NCBI GenBank assembly: GCA_965202745.1
Contig: CBDBCB010000016.1
Location: 28,262 to 92,261 of the forward strand
Source of the DNA: Alphaproteobacteria bacterium
GTDB taxonomy: Bacteria > Pseudomonadota > Alphaproteobacteria > Bin95
Direction: 5' to 3'
DNA: 64,000 nt
Shown: positions 50,941-60,610 of the stretch, one piece after another
How positions within the stretch are numbered: position 1 is the first letter of the stretch
Layout of the letters: every line of letters starts with the position of its first letter
Notes under the pieces: generated by a model
Seen by the model: the letters and a program-made list of their open reading frames with translations, nothing else
What the model was told of the DNA's origin: nothing
Databases searched by the model: none
Position numbers and translations under genes: made by a program

Positions 50941-51504
50941 GTGCTGGCCATCGCAGCGGTACTGACGCTCGCAACTGCGGCGAAGGCTGCACCGATCATC
51001 GGCGGGTCCGGGCTCTCCGCTCCAGCCACAACCATTACCTTTTCCGAGGTAGCAGTTGCGAACGGCGCAGTTGTCACCAGCCAGTTCTCGGCCTTCGGCG
51101 TCACATTCGGCAGCCTTTCAGCAACCGAAGGCCTCTACTATAGCTCCGGTGCCGGACTACTGAATTATTTCCCAGACACCTACAATCCGTTCTCGATCCA
51201 GTTCAACGGTCCAGTCTCCGACGCTGCCTTTCTGATGATTACCAACGGCAGCACCGATGTTTTCACGGCATTGCTTAATGGTAGTGTGGTAAATCAATTC
51301 AGTTCTGCAACAGGCGGTTGGAAATATTTCGGATTCGCTGGAATTGTATTTGACGAAATTCAGGTAGACTTTACCGGACCTGCCAATGGTCCGCACATGC
51401 GCCTGGACAACCTTCAGTTTGAACCCGTGCCCATTCCCGCTGCTTTGCCGCTGATGGCAGCAGGAATTGGAGGCCTGGCTCTGCTGGCGCGCCGCCGCAA
51501 GTAA
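50941..51504 (+). CDS. Secreted VPLPA-CTERM sorting-signal protein
   Basis: The C-terminus EPVPIPAALPLMAAGIGGLALLARRRK is the canonical motif, TM helix and basic cluster. The start is uncertain: GTG 50941, or ATG 50918 with a 1-nt frameshift. Confidence 0.6.
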   Translation: MLAIAAVLTLATAAKAAPIIGGSGLSAPATTITFSEVAVANGAVVTSQFSAFGVTFGSLSATEGLYYSSGAGLLNYFPDTYNPFSIQFNGPVSDAAFLMITNGSTDVFTALLNGSVVNQFSSATGGWKYFGFAGIVFDEIQVDFTGPANGPHMRLDNLQFEPVPIPAALPLMAAGIGGLALLARRRK

Positions 51505-52193
51505 GCGGGGCAACCCGCCTTTGAGCCGTTTCCCGGAACCCGCCAAGGGTGTCCGGGACCTCCTCCCGGGGGGTACCAACCTCGAAGAGTCCCGAACGCC
51601 CCTAATCCAGCGTCCGGGGCTACTTCATTTCTGCCGTCATTGCGAGGAGACCAGCGCAAGCCGGGCAATGCAACCCACCTGGCTCAATTCCTAACCGCAC
51701 GTATTCCCGGACAGTGCAACGCACCGATCCGGGATCTCCAACCGGGAGCAGTATCCAGCCGCTACTCCTGTGAAGAGCAAGCAAGCAGGCCATAAAGAAG
51801 GCCACATGCAGCATTGATCATGACGGGATCAAAGCCCAGCGACGCCGCCGCATAGAGCACACAGAACGCGGCGCTTTGCAGTTGCAGATTATTTAACATC
51901 GTTTGGGTTCCTCCTAGAAAAGGAGCCTGCAGGCCTTTGGGCAGTCAGTCGACACTCCATAAAATGCGCCACTCAGGGGGGAAATCGTGTGCGCGGTTCC
52001 CGTGTTCTTAGCCCTCAGACCAATCAGAAAACTTTAATAGTCGTGCAATGTTGTCTCTGCCTGCCCTGGGACAAGCGCCAACCTCGATAAGCTCCGAACG
52101 CCTTACATACGGTGCCCGATGCAATTTCGCTTATGGCATTTGCCCCCTCCCCCCTTGCCTCCCAGCGCGCGCGCAACGATACTCCGCGCCACC

Positions 52194-52958
52194 ATGAGCG
52201 ATACTCCCAAAACCTCCCCGGCATCCGCTGAAAACACCCTCACCGTCCGCGTCTGGCGGGGCGGCGAAGACGGCGCGTTTCAGCCGTTTGACATACCCCG
52301 CCGCGAGCATCAGACCGTGCTCGACGTCGTGACCTACATCCAGCGCGAGTTGGACCCGACGCTCGCCTACCGCTTTGCCTGCCGGGTGGGCATGTGCGGC
52401 TCCTGCGGCATGAACGTAAACGGCCGCCCGCGCTGGACCTGCCGTACCCACGTGGACACCGCCACCTGCGGCAGTGACGTGCTGGAGCTGGAGCCCCTGC
52501 GCTCCCTGCCCGTCATCCGCGATCTGGCGACCGACATGACGCCCTTCTTCGAGAAGTGGCTGAAGGCCAAGGCGCGCGCCACCGGCTCCCGCACCCGCGC
52601 CGAGGACATGCACCCCATCGACCCGGCCTCGCCCCGGCGCCAGGCCGCCGACGCCGCCATCGAGTGCATCAATTGCGGCGTCTGCTATGCCGCCTGCGAT
52701 GTGGTGGCAAGCGATCCGGACTATCTCGGCCCCGCCGCCCTCAACAGAGCCTGGACCCTGGTAAATGACGACCGGGAGGCAGACCGCGCCGGCGTGCTCG
52801 ATGCCGCCATGGCGGGCGGCGGTTGCCATAGCTGCCACAGCCACGGCTCCTGCACCGAGCACTGTCCCGTCGGCCTCAACCCGTCCCAGGGCGTGGCTGG
52901 CCTGAAGCGCATGTCCCTGCTGGCCCTGATTGGAGCAAATGTCGGAGGCAAAGTCTGA
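52194..52958 (+). CDS. sdhB: Succinate dehydrogenase/fumarate reductase iron-sulfur subunit (divergent)
   Basis: 2Fe-2S CRVGMCGSCGMNVNGRPRWTC, 4Fe-4S CINCGVCYAAC, 3Fe-4S CHSCHSHGSCTEHCP. Confidence 0.8.
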   Translation: MSDTPKTSPASAENTLTVRVWRGGEDGAFQPFDIPRREHQTVLDVVTYIQRELDPTLAYRFACRVGMCGSCGMNVNGRPRWTCRTHVDTATCGSDVLELEPLRSLPVIRDLATDMTPFFEKWLKAKARATGSRTRAEDMHPIDPASPRRQAADAAIECINCGVCYAACDVVASDPDYLGPAALNRAWTLVNDDREADRAGVLDAAMAGGGCHSCHSHGSCTEHCPVGLNPSQGVAGLKRMSLLALIGANVGGKV

Positions 52959-53293
52959 TGCCGGTGCATGCGGTTCTGTTCCTCGCCCAGCGCGCCTCCG
53001 CACTGGTGCTCGCCCCCCTGGTTCTGGTCCATCTGGGCCTCGCGATCTACGCTATTTACGGCGGCCTCACCGCTGGCGAGATCCTGGCCCGCACCCAGGG
53101 CTCCTTCGGCTGGAGCCTGTTCTACGGCCTGTTCGTTGTGGCTGCGGCGATCCACGCGCCCATCGGCCTCCGCAACGTCCTGCGGGAGTGGCTGGGGTGG
53201 AAGGGCGTCAGCGTGAACGTGGCCCTCGCCGCCTTCGGCCTGCTGCTGCTGGTCCTGGGCTTCCGCGCCGTCTCCGCCGTGACGGGGGTGTAG
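52958..53293 (+). CDS. Complex-II hydrophobic membrane-anchor subunit (SdhD-like)
   Basis: 111 aa with three TM helices. The start overlaps the sdhB stop (ATGA). Confidence 0.5.
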   Translation: MPVHAVLFLAQRASALVLAPLVLVHLGLAIYAIYGGLTAGEILARTQGSFGWSLFYGLFVVAAAIHAPIGLRNVLREWLGWKGVSVNVALAAFGLLLLVLGFRAVSAVTGV

Positions 53294-53427
53294 GAGATGA
53301 AGCTCACCCGCAACTTGCATCGATCCCCGGGACCGCGCAGCGGCACCCGGAGTCTCCTTCCGAGCGGAACACCTAGGGGGACCCCGGGCAGCGCCTGCCG
53401 GTGCCTTCGGGGCTCGGAGGCGAATTG

Positions 53428-53775
53428 ATGCTGACCCACCGCTCCCAACACCACGCGGGCCGCTACGCCGCCTTCGCCCACCGGCTTTCGGGCGTTCTGC
53501 TCGCTGTGTTCCTACCCTTCCATTTCCTCGCCCTTGGCCTGGCCATCGAAGGCGAAGCGCGCTTCGACAGCTTCCTCGCCTGGAGCGACCAGCCGCTGGT
53601 CAAGATCGCGGAGTGGGGCCTCGTCACCCTGCTGGCGGTTCACCTCCTCGCCGGCCTGCGCGTCCTAACATTAGAGTTCCTCCCCTGGCGCGGCCCCCGC
53701 AAGCCCTGGATCGCAGCTGGCGGAGCCCTCGCCGCCACCACCGGCATCGCCTTCATCGTAAGTGCTTTCGCATGA
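53428..53775 (+). CDS. Complex-II cytochrome b / membrane-anchor subunit (SdhC-like)
   Basis: GGAGG RBS, three TM helices, His residues in the helices. Confidence 0.5.
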   Translation: MLTHRSQHHAGRYAAFAHRLSGVLLAVFLPFHFLALGLAIEGEARFDSFLAWSDQPLVKIAEWGLVTLLAVHLLAGLRVLTLEFLPWRGPRKPWIAAGGALAATTGIAFIVSAFA

Positions 53776-55562
53776 CCACCTCTGCTTCCCTGGGCGCGCC
53801 CCAAATCGAAACGCTCCAGACCGACATCCTGATCATCGGCGCAGGCGGCGCTGGCCTGATGGCGGCCCTGCACGCGGCCCAGGCCAACCCGGACCTGCAC
53901 ATCACGATTGCGGTCAAGGGCCTGCTCGGCAAATGCGGCTGCACGCGCATGGTGCAGGGCGGCTACAACGTCGCCATCAATCCGGGCGACTCGATCGAGC
54001 GCCACTTCATGGACTCCATCGTTGGCGGCAAATGGCTGCCGGACCAAGACCTCGCCTGGCGCTTGATCAACGGCGCGGTCGAGCGTATTCGCGAGCTGGA
54101 AAACGAGATCGGCTGCTTCTTCGACCGCAACCCCGACGGCACGCTGCACCAGAAAGCATTTGCGGGCCAAAGCTTCGACCGCACGGCGCACAAGGGCGAC
54201 CTGACCGGCATCGAGATCGTCTCCCGCCTGATCGAGCAGATCTGGGCCCGCAACGTCCACAAGCTGGAGGAGCACCGCGCGCTCGCCATCGTGCCGGACA
54301 AGGAGGGCAAATCCTGCGCCGGCATGCTGCTGACCGACATGCGCACCGGTGCCTTCAAGCTGGTGCGGGCCAAGGCCGTGCTGATGGCGGCGGGCGGCGG
54401 TCCGACCATGTACAAGTACTACACCCCCTCCGGCGACAAGGCCTGCGACGGCATGGCGATGGCGCTGGCGGCAGGCCTCTCGCTCCGCGACATGGAGATG
54501 GTGCAGTTCCACCCCACCGGCCTGCTGGCGGGCGAGGACACGCGCATGACCGGCACCGTGCTGGAGGAGGGCCTGCGTGGCGCGGGCGGGCACCTGCTGA
54601 ACGGCGACGGCCACCGGTTCATGCTGGACCGCAACCCGGCGGGCGAGCGCGCCACGCGCGACATCGTCTCCCGCGAGATCTACCGCGAGATGCGCGACGG
54701 CAAGACCACCCAGCACGGCGGCGTCTATATCGAGATGAAGCACCTGGGGCCGGAGAAGGTCGCCAAACTGTTCAAGGGCATGGTCGAGCGCTGCGCCGAT
54801 TGCGGCTTCGACCTGGCGGGCGGGCGGGTCGAGGTGGTGCCGACCGCGCACTACATGATGGGCGGCATCTCCTTCAACGTGGACACGACCACCGCCATGC
54901 CCGGCCTGTTCTGCGCGGGCGAGGACTCGGGCGGCGTCCACGGCGCGAACCGCCTGGGCGGCAACGGCGTCGCGAATTCCACCGTCTTCGGCGGCATCGC
55001 GGGCGACGAGATGGCGGCTTACGTCGCGCGCGAGCCCGGCTGGCGTGAGCCTGACGTGGAAGTGGCGCGGGCTGCCGCGGCGGCGTCACTCCGGCCGTTT
55101 GCCTTGGGCGGAGGAGACCTGAATGGCCTCCGCAAGCGCCTGCTGGACATGATGTGGGACGAGGCAGGCATCATCCGCACTAAGGAGAGCCTAGGCAAAG
55201 CCCTAATAGAACTGGACCGCTTCGAGGCCGAACTTACCGCCACCGGCATCCCCGACTCCTCCCTGGCGTTTAATTTAACCTGGCACGACTGGCTGAACCT
55301 GGAAAGCCAACTCACCATCTCCAAAACCATCTGCCACGCCGCCCTGGCCCGCGAAAACTCCCGAGGCGCCCACTACCGCGACGACTTCCCCGACGAGGGG
55401 GATTTGCAGGCGTCTTACTTCACCAAGGTGCGGTTCGCCCGGGAGGTTGAGTCCGCGGCCGAGGGCTTCGAAGTCTCCACCCAACCGATAAAATTCACCA
55501 TCGTGAAGCCGGGTGAGAGCTTGATTGAAGGGAATGTGGGAGCGCCCGTGGCGGCGGAGTGA
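53772..55562 (+). CDS. sdhA: Succinate dehydrogenase/fumarate reductase flavoprotein subunit (divergent; Cys replaces the covalent-FAD His)
   Basis: DILIIGAGGAGLMAA FAD fold, then GKCGCTRMVQGGYNV where canonical SdhA has RSHTVAAQGGINA. Includes the catalytic and C-terminal domains. Confidence 0.8.
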   Translation: MTTSASLGAPQIETLQTDILIIGAGGAGLMAALHAAQANPDLHITIAVKGLLGKCGCTRMVQGGYNVAINPGDSIERHFMDSIVGGKWLPDQDLAWRLINGAVERIRELENEIGCFFDRNPDGTLHQKAFAGQSFDRTAHKGDLTGIEIVSRLIEQIWARNVHKLEEHRALAIVPDKEGKSCAGMLLTDMRTGAFKLVRAKAVLMAAGGGPTMYKYYTPSGDKACDGMAMALAAGLSLRDMEMVQFHPTGLLAGEDTRMTGTVLEEGLRGAGGHLLNGDGHRFMLDRNPAGERATRDIVSREIYREMRDGKTTQHGGVYIEMKHLGPEKVAKLFKGMVERCADCGFDLAGGRVEVVPTAHYMMGGISFNVDTTTAMPGLFCAGEDSGGVHGANRLGGNGVANSTVFGGIAGDEMAAYVAREPGWREPDVEVARAAAAASLRPFALGGGDLNGLRKRLLDMMWDEAGIIRTKESLGKALIELDRFEAELTATGIPDSSLAFNLTWHDWLNLESQLTISKTICHAALARENSRGAHYRDDFPDEGDLQASYFTKVRFAREVESAAEGFEVSTQPIKFTIVKPGESLIEGNVGAPVAAE

Positions 55563-55628
55563 CTCTGTTAGTGGCTTGCAAACCAACTATTTAATATTTA
55601 TCGGTTTTAAGAGGCGGGAAAGATTAGC

Positions 55629-56093
55629 ATGGTAAAATCTTCCAGAATCTCAAGCGCCGACGGCTGCAATCCGCACATATCCGCCGAAATCGAAGCGCTA
55701 GTTGAGCGCGGGAAGGAACGAGGCTTCGTCACCTATGATGAGTTGAATGCCGTTCTTCCATCTGAGGAGGTTTCGTCCGAGGAGATCGATGACGTGATGG
55801 CCATCCTTGCGGGGTTCGGCATCAACATCATTGAGATTGACGAAGCGGCCGGTCCGTCGATTATGCGGGAGGAGGAAACCCGCACCTCCGCCGGCAACCC
55901 TGAGAGGCGTGCGCATAGAGTTCTTGGCGTCGAAACCGGGAAATCCACCGCCATTCGTACCGCCAAGGATGGTACCGTGATTATGGCACCGGCGATAAAG
56001 CCACGTAACTTCACTGCCCGCGAAATCCGCGATGCTGTCCGTGCCGTGAAGGAAGAAGAGCGGCAGAAGCAGGCACCCAGCGGCTCAGCCTAG
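55629..56093 (+). CDS. Stand-alone sigma-70 region 1.1-like protein (RpoD N-terminal domain homologue, no regions 1.2-4)
   Basis: ISAEIEALVERGKERGFVTYDELNAVLPSEEVSSEEIDDVMAILAGFGINIIEIDE closely matches alphaproteobacterial RpoD region 1.1. The remaining 80 aa are unrelated to sigma factors. Local GC is about 53%. Confidence 0.6.
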   Translation: MVKSSRISSADGCNPHISAEIEALVERGKERGFVTYDELNAVLPSEEVSSEEIDDVMAILAGFGINIIEIDEAAGPSIMREEETRTSAGNPERRAHRVLGVETGKSTAIRTAKDGTVIMAPAIKPRNFTAREIRDAVRAVKEEERQKQAPSGSA

Positions 56094-56113
56094 GCCAAGC
56101 GGTTCTGCCCCAC

Positions 56114-56752
56114 ATGCCAACATCCAGAGCCAATCCGAAGGCAGTCTTTATCAACTGTCCGTTCGACGGAACCTATACCCCCCTCTTTAAAGCTGTTGTT
56201 TTCGCAGTAGTCCGCTGCGGCTTCCTCCCACTCTGTGCACTTGAAGTGAACAACAGCGCAGACATCCGCATCGAGAAGATTGCCCGCATCATTCGCGAAT
56301 GCCCCATCGGCATCCACGACATTTCCCGGACGGAGCCCGATTCGGTAAACAGCCTGCCCCGGTTCAACATGCCTCTTGAATTAGGCCTGTATCTGGGAGC
56401 CCGTTATTTCGGCGACCGTACCCACCGCAACAAGGCTTACCTGATTCTCGATCGCGAACCGTACCGTTATCAGAAGTTCATTTCAGACATCGCCACCCAT
56501 GGCGACGAGGCGCGGGAAGTCATCAAGGCCGTGCGCGATTTCCTGAACAGCCACAACGGTCCGGAGCCGCTGCCGGACCGGGACCGGTTCCTTTGGCCGG
56601 AATACCAACGCTTCCAGAGCGCACTGCCGGAAATTTGCGCCAAGCTAAAGATCGCCGAGGCAGAACTGCAATTCCCGGACTTCCTCTACATCGTTACTGA
56701 CTACGTCTCCGAGGACACCCCGGAAAACCTCGCCGCCCGCCCTAATCCGTGA
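56114..56752 (+). CDS. Hypothetical protein with a STIR-superfamily (TIR / nucleoside 2-deoxyribosyltransferase-like) pattern
   Basis: KAVFINCPFDGTYTPLFKAVVFAVVRCGFLP and NMPLELGLYLGARYFGDRTHRNKAYLIL resemble the NDT/TIR-like motifs IYLAGPFF and D.GxxxELGYAxAxGKxVLLV. Assignment is by motif recall only. Confidence 0.4.
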   Translation: MPTSRANPKAVFINCPFDGTYTPLFKAVVFAVVRCGFLPLCALEVNNSADIRIEKIARIIRECPIGIHDISRTEPDSVNSLPRFNMPLELGLYLGARYFGDRTHRNKAYLILDREPYRYQKFISDIATHGDEAREVIKAVRDFLNSHNGPEPLPDRDRFLWPEYQRFQSALPEICAKLKIAEAELQFPDFLYIVTDYVSEDTPENLAARPNP

Positions 56753-56762
56753 GCGCGAGAGG

Positions 56763-57254
56763 CTACCCCTCCCCCACCACATGCGGCTCCCTATACACCA
56801 CCGGCTCGTTCGTGGAGCCGTCCAGCTTGAACGCATGCTCCTCAAACGTCGGGAAGCCTGCGGGCAGCACCAGCCTCTCCTGCGCGACGCCGGTGTAGAT
56901 GTAGCGGGTATTTTCCGGCGTGCGGGCGAACCAGTTGGGGTCGTCGAACGTGCCGCCGAACAGGCCGACAATGCCCGGAAAGCGCTCCAGGTCCAGAAAC
57001 AGCTTAGTCCCGCAATTGGCGCAGAAGTTGATGGTAACAGTCTTGCCGCTGCCCTCCGACGTGTGGCCGTAGGTCTTGGGCGTGCCCTTGGTCACCGCAA
57101 AAGCCTCAGCCGCAAAGATCGGCTCCAACAGATAGGCCGAGCCAGTGCCGCGCTGGCAGAACCGGCAATTGCAGATCGTCACCCGCATCGGCTCCGCCGT
57201 CACCTGGTAGCGCACCTCGCCGCAAATACAGCCGCCTTCATGCTTGGTCATCAC
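56763..57254 (-). CDS. GFA-family (glutathione-dependent formaldehyde-activating / CENP-V-like) zinc protein
   Basis: CICGEVRYQV...CNCRFCQ...CANCGT zinc ligands. Confidence 0.7.
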   Translation of the reverse strand: MMTKHEGGCICGEVRYQVTAEPMRVTICNCRFCQRGTGSAYLLEPIFAAEAFAVTKGTPKTYGHTSEGSGKTVTINFCANCGTKLFLDLERFPGIVGLFGGTFDDPNWFARTPENTRYIYTGVAQERLVLPAGFPTFEEHAFKLDGSTNEPVVYREPHVVGEG

Positions 57255-57378
57255 TGCCGCCTCCGTTAGTAAAAAAGCCAGCCTACTCTTCGCCCGTACC
57301 GGCGTCTATCGCCCCCCGCCACTCCCACATTCACGTTCCCGGATAGGCGCAAGTGATTTTTTCCGCTACAGTTCGGCG

Positions 57379-59144
57379 ATGCATGAACGTACGCAACGCA
57401 GGCTAGCCGCCATTGTTTCCGCCGACGTCGTTGGCTATTCGCGCCTGATGGGTGCGGATGAAACCGGCACGCTTGCCGCGCTCCGGGCGCACCGGGCTGA
57501 GCTGATCGACGCCAGGATCGCAGACTTCGGCGGGCGCATCGTCAAGACCATGGGCGACGGCCTGCTATTGGAATTCCCCTCCGTCGTGGATGCCGTGCAG
57601 TGCGTGGTGGAGGTTCAGCAGGCCATGGCCGGGCGCAACGCGGCGGTCGAGCAGAACCGGCACATCACCTTCCGCGTCGGCGTCAACCTTGGCGACATCA
57701 TCATCGACGGCGACGATATCCTGGGCGATGGCGTGAACGTGGCCGCCCACCTCCAGGAAATTGCCGAACCGGGCGGCATTGCTGTCTCCCAGCGCGTGCA
57801 CGACGAGATTCGCGACCGGCTCGACGCGCAGTTTGCCAATGATGGCGAACTGGCCCTGAAGAATATCGCCCGCCCCCTGCAGATTTGGCGCTGGTCACCG
57901 GGGTCGTCTGGACTGCAAACCGGCGGCGGAACAGGAACCGGCCTGCCTGCCGGTGCCGGATATGCCGTCCATCGTGGTGCTGCCCTTCGACAATATGTCG
58001 GGCAATCCGGAACAGGAACAGTTCGCCGACGGCGTTGTTGAGTCAATCACCGCCACGCTCAGCCGTATCCGCACCTTCTTCGTCATCGCCCGGAATTCCG
58101 CCTTTGTTTACAAGGGGAAGGCGAAGAATATGTCGGAGATCGGCCGCGAACTGGGCGTCGCCTATCTGCTGGAGGGTAGCGTTCAGCGGGCGGGCAACCG
58201 GGTGCGCATCACCGTGCAGCTGATCGAAACGGCCCGCGGCGCGCATCTCTGGGCGGAGAAGTATGACGGCCCTCTGGATGATGTCTTCAACTTGCAGGAC
58301 CGCATTACGGAGCAGGTCGCAGGCGCGCTTCAACCCTCCATCCACTCGGCCGAGATCGAGCGCGCCAAACGCAAACGGCCCCAGGAACTGAGCGCCTACG
58401 ACTTCACCATGCGGGCGCTGCGCCATGTCTGGCCGCTGGAGAAGGAGGAGGCCGCCAGGGCGCTGGAACTCCTTGACGAAGCGCTGGCGATTGACCCGGA
58501 ATACCCGCTAGCGCTGGCGGCCTGGTGCTGGGCGCAGCGATCCGTCTACAACTGGGTCGACGACATCGACGCCGCTAAGGCTGAGGCACTGACCCTGGGC
58601 GAGAAAGCCGCCAACCTGTCTTCCGACGATCCGCTGATCCTGACCGTACTCGGCACGATACATTGCTTTGCCCGCAATTTGGGTGCCGCCCGCGTGCTCC
58701 TGGAGCGGGCCATCGCGCTCCATCCCAACTCCGCCTGGGCGCTCAGCAGGCTTGGCTGGCTGGAGGTTTACGCCAACCGGCCCGAAGCCGCGAAAGGCCA
58801 TTTCGAGCGCGCCTTGCGACTCAGCCCCGTCGATCCCATGAACTTCAACGACTACATCGGCCTTGGCTGTGCAGAGCAAATCGGCGGTGCAAACGATGCC
58901 ACCATCGCGTTGTACCAGCAGGCTTTGCAGGAGCGGCCCAACGCCCTATTGGATCCACCGCCAGCTTGCCGCCGCCCTACACGGTGCTGGCCGCGATGCT
59001 GAGGCCCGCGAGTCCGGCGCTGCCCTTCTCGCCGCTTATCCGGAGATCACGGTCCGCCAGATCAAGGAAGCCATGATGCTAAGCCCCCGCGCGCTGGTGA
59101 CCATCGGCCAGCAACTCAACGCCCTCGGCATTCCCGAAGCCTGA
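57379..59144 (+). pseudogene. Class-III adenylate/guanylate cyclase with a C-terminal TPR region; 2 frameshifts
   Basis: CHD domain (IVSADVVGYSRLMG...KTMGDGLLLEF) is in frame 1. The TolB-like/TPR part (PSIVVLPFDNMSGNPEQEQFADG...) is in frame 2, shift near 57950. The C-terminus (YWIHRQLAAALHGAGRDAEARE...) is in frame 0, shift at gccc 58943-58946. Confidence 0.7.
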
Positions 59145-59193
59145 AACCACCGGCATGAGCTTTCAGCGTTCAACCGAGCCTCCGCCTTCCCTC

Positions 59194-60509
59194 CTAAAAC
59201 GCCAGCAGATTATCCCGGAACTGCGCGTGCTCATATGCCTTCCGCACCAGCCCCCGGTCCTGGAGCGCGGGCACCAGCCCGTCCTCAATCTCGGCCAAAA
59301 TCCTGCGGTTCAGGTTCGGCATCGTAAACAGGTAGCCGTCGCCGCCAACCTCCTCCATCACCTCACCCATGCGGTCAGCCACGGACTCGCACGTCCCGCA
59401 CAACCCTATCGAGTAGTCTACCGCGTTAAAGCTCGCCATGGTTTCGCGGATAGAGCGGCCTTTGGCCATCGCCCGGAACTGCTCCAGGTTCAACTGGTGC
59501 CCGTTGGTGGTCACGTCGTCGGGCAAAGGCTTGTCCAGTCGAACTTGCCGAAGTCGATGTTCGTCACCTTGCCAAAATGCGCCAGCCGCGGCTCGATCTG
59601 GGCATCGGCCAGCGCCTGCCTGCGCGCCCGCCGCTCCTCGGCCTCCGCCATGGTTTCGCCCAGGACCGGATTGATCAGGTACAGCACCTTGCAGTCCGCA
59701 GGGTTCCGCCCGCAGGCAATCATGTGGTGGGAGATGTCCTCGCGGTATTCGCGCATCGCCTCGATGCCTTTGGCGTTCACCACAATCGTATCGGCATGAG
59801 CCCCCGCAAACCGCCGCCCCCTGGGTGAGCCGCCCGCCTGGGCAATCACCGGCAGACCCTGGGGCGAAGGCCCGGAATTCAACGGCCCCCGCGTCTGGTA
59901 ATACTGCCCCTCATAGTTCACGCCATGCACTTTCGCCGGGTCTACCAGCACACCGCTCGCCCGGTCGGCCAGCATCGCCCCTGGCTCCCACGAGCCCCAC
60001 AACCCCTTACAGACCTCCATGTACTCATCGGCCATGTCGTAGCGCAGATCATGCTCCGGCATGCCGTCCATGCCGAAATTCATCGCCGCGAAGTCGGAGG
60101 AGCCGGTCACGCAATTCCAGCCCGCGCGCCCCGCCGATACCTGGTCCAGCGTCGCCATCAGCCGGGCCAGCAAATAGGGGTGATAGGCATAGGTGCCAAA
60201 GGTCGGCACGATGCCGATGCGTTCCGTCACCTGAGTCATCAACGCCGCCATCACCGAGGGGTCCTGCCTCGGCACCGCGATGCCGTTCTTCAGATAGATT
60301 TCGGTCGAATTGCCAAAGCTCTCCCCCACATAGGAGGAGTCCTCGATCAGGATATAGTCGAAGCACGCCCGCTCCAGCGACCGGGCCATGTCCATGAACA
60401 GCGTCGGCTGCATCCAGTCGGTGCCGATATAACCGGTCCAGGGCTCGCCCCATGCCTGCACGCTGGAGCCTTGCAGAAACCAGGCCATGTGAAAGGGTTT
60501 GGTGGACAT
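59194..60509 (-). pseudogene. LLM-class flavin-dependent monooxygenase (NtaA/SsuD-like), frameshift near 59535-59540
   Basis: MSTKPFHMAWFLQG... runs to ...HFGKVTNIDFGKFD, then continues in another frame as LDKPLPDDVTTNGHQLNLEQFRAM... Confidence 0.7.
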
Positions 60510-60610
60510 GATGGATGCTCCGCCGCCGTGCCGAGCGCCGGGAAGGCGCTCTCAATCACAATCTAAGAAAATATCATGCCGCCCCGTCGAGAGTAGCCCT
60601 CCGACGGCCC

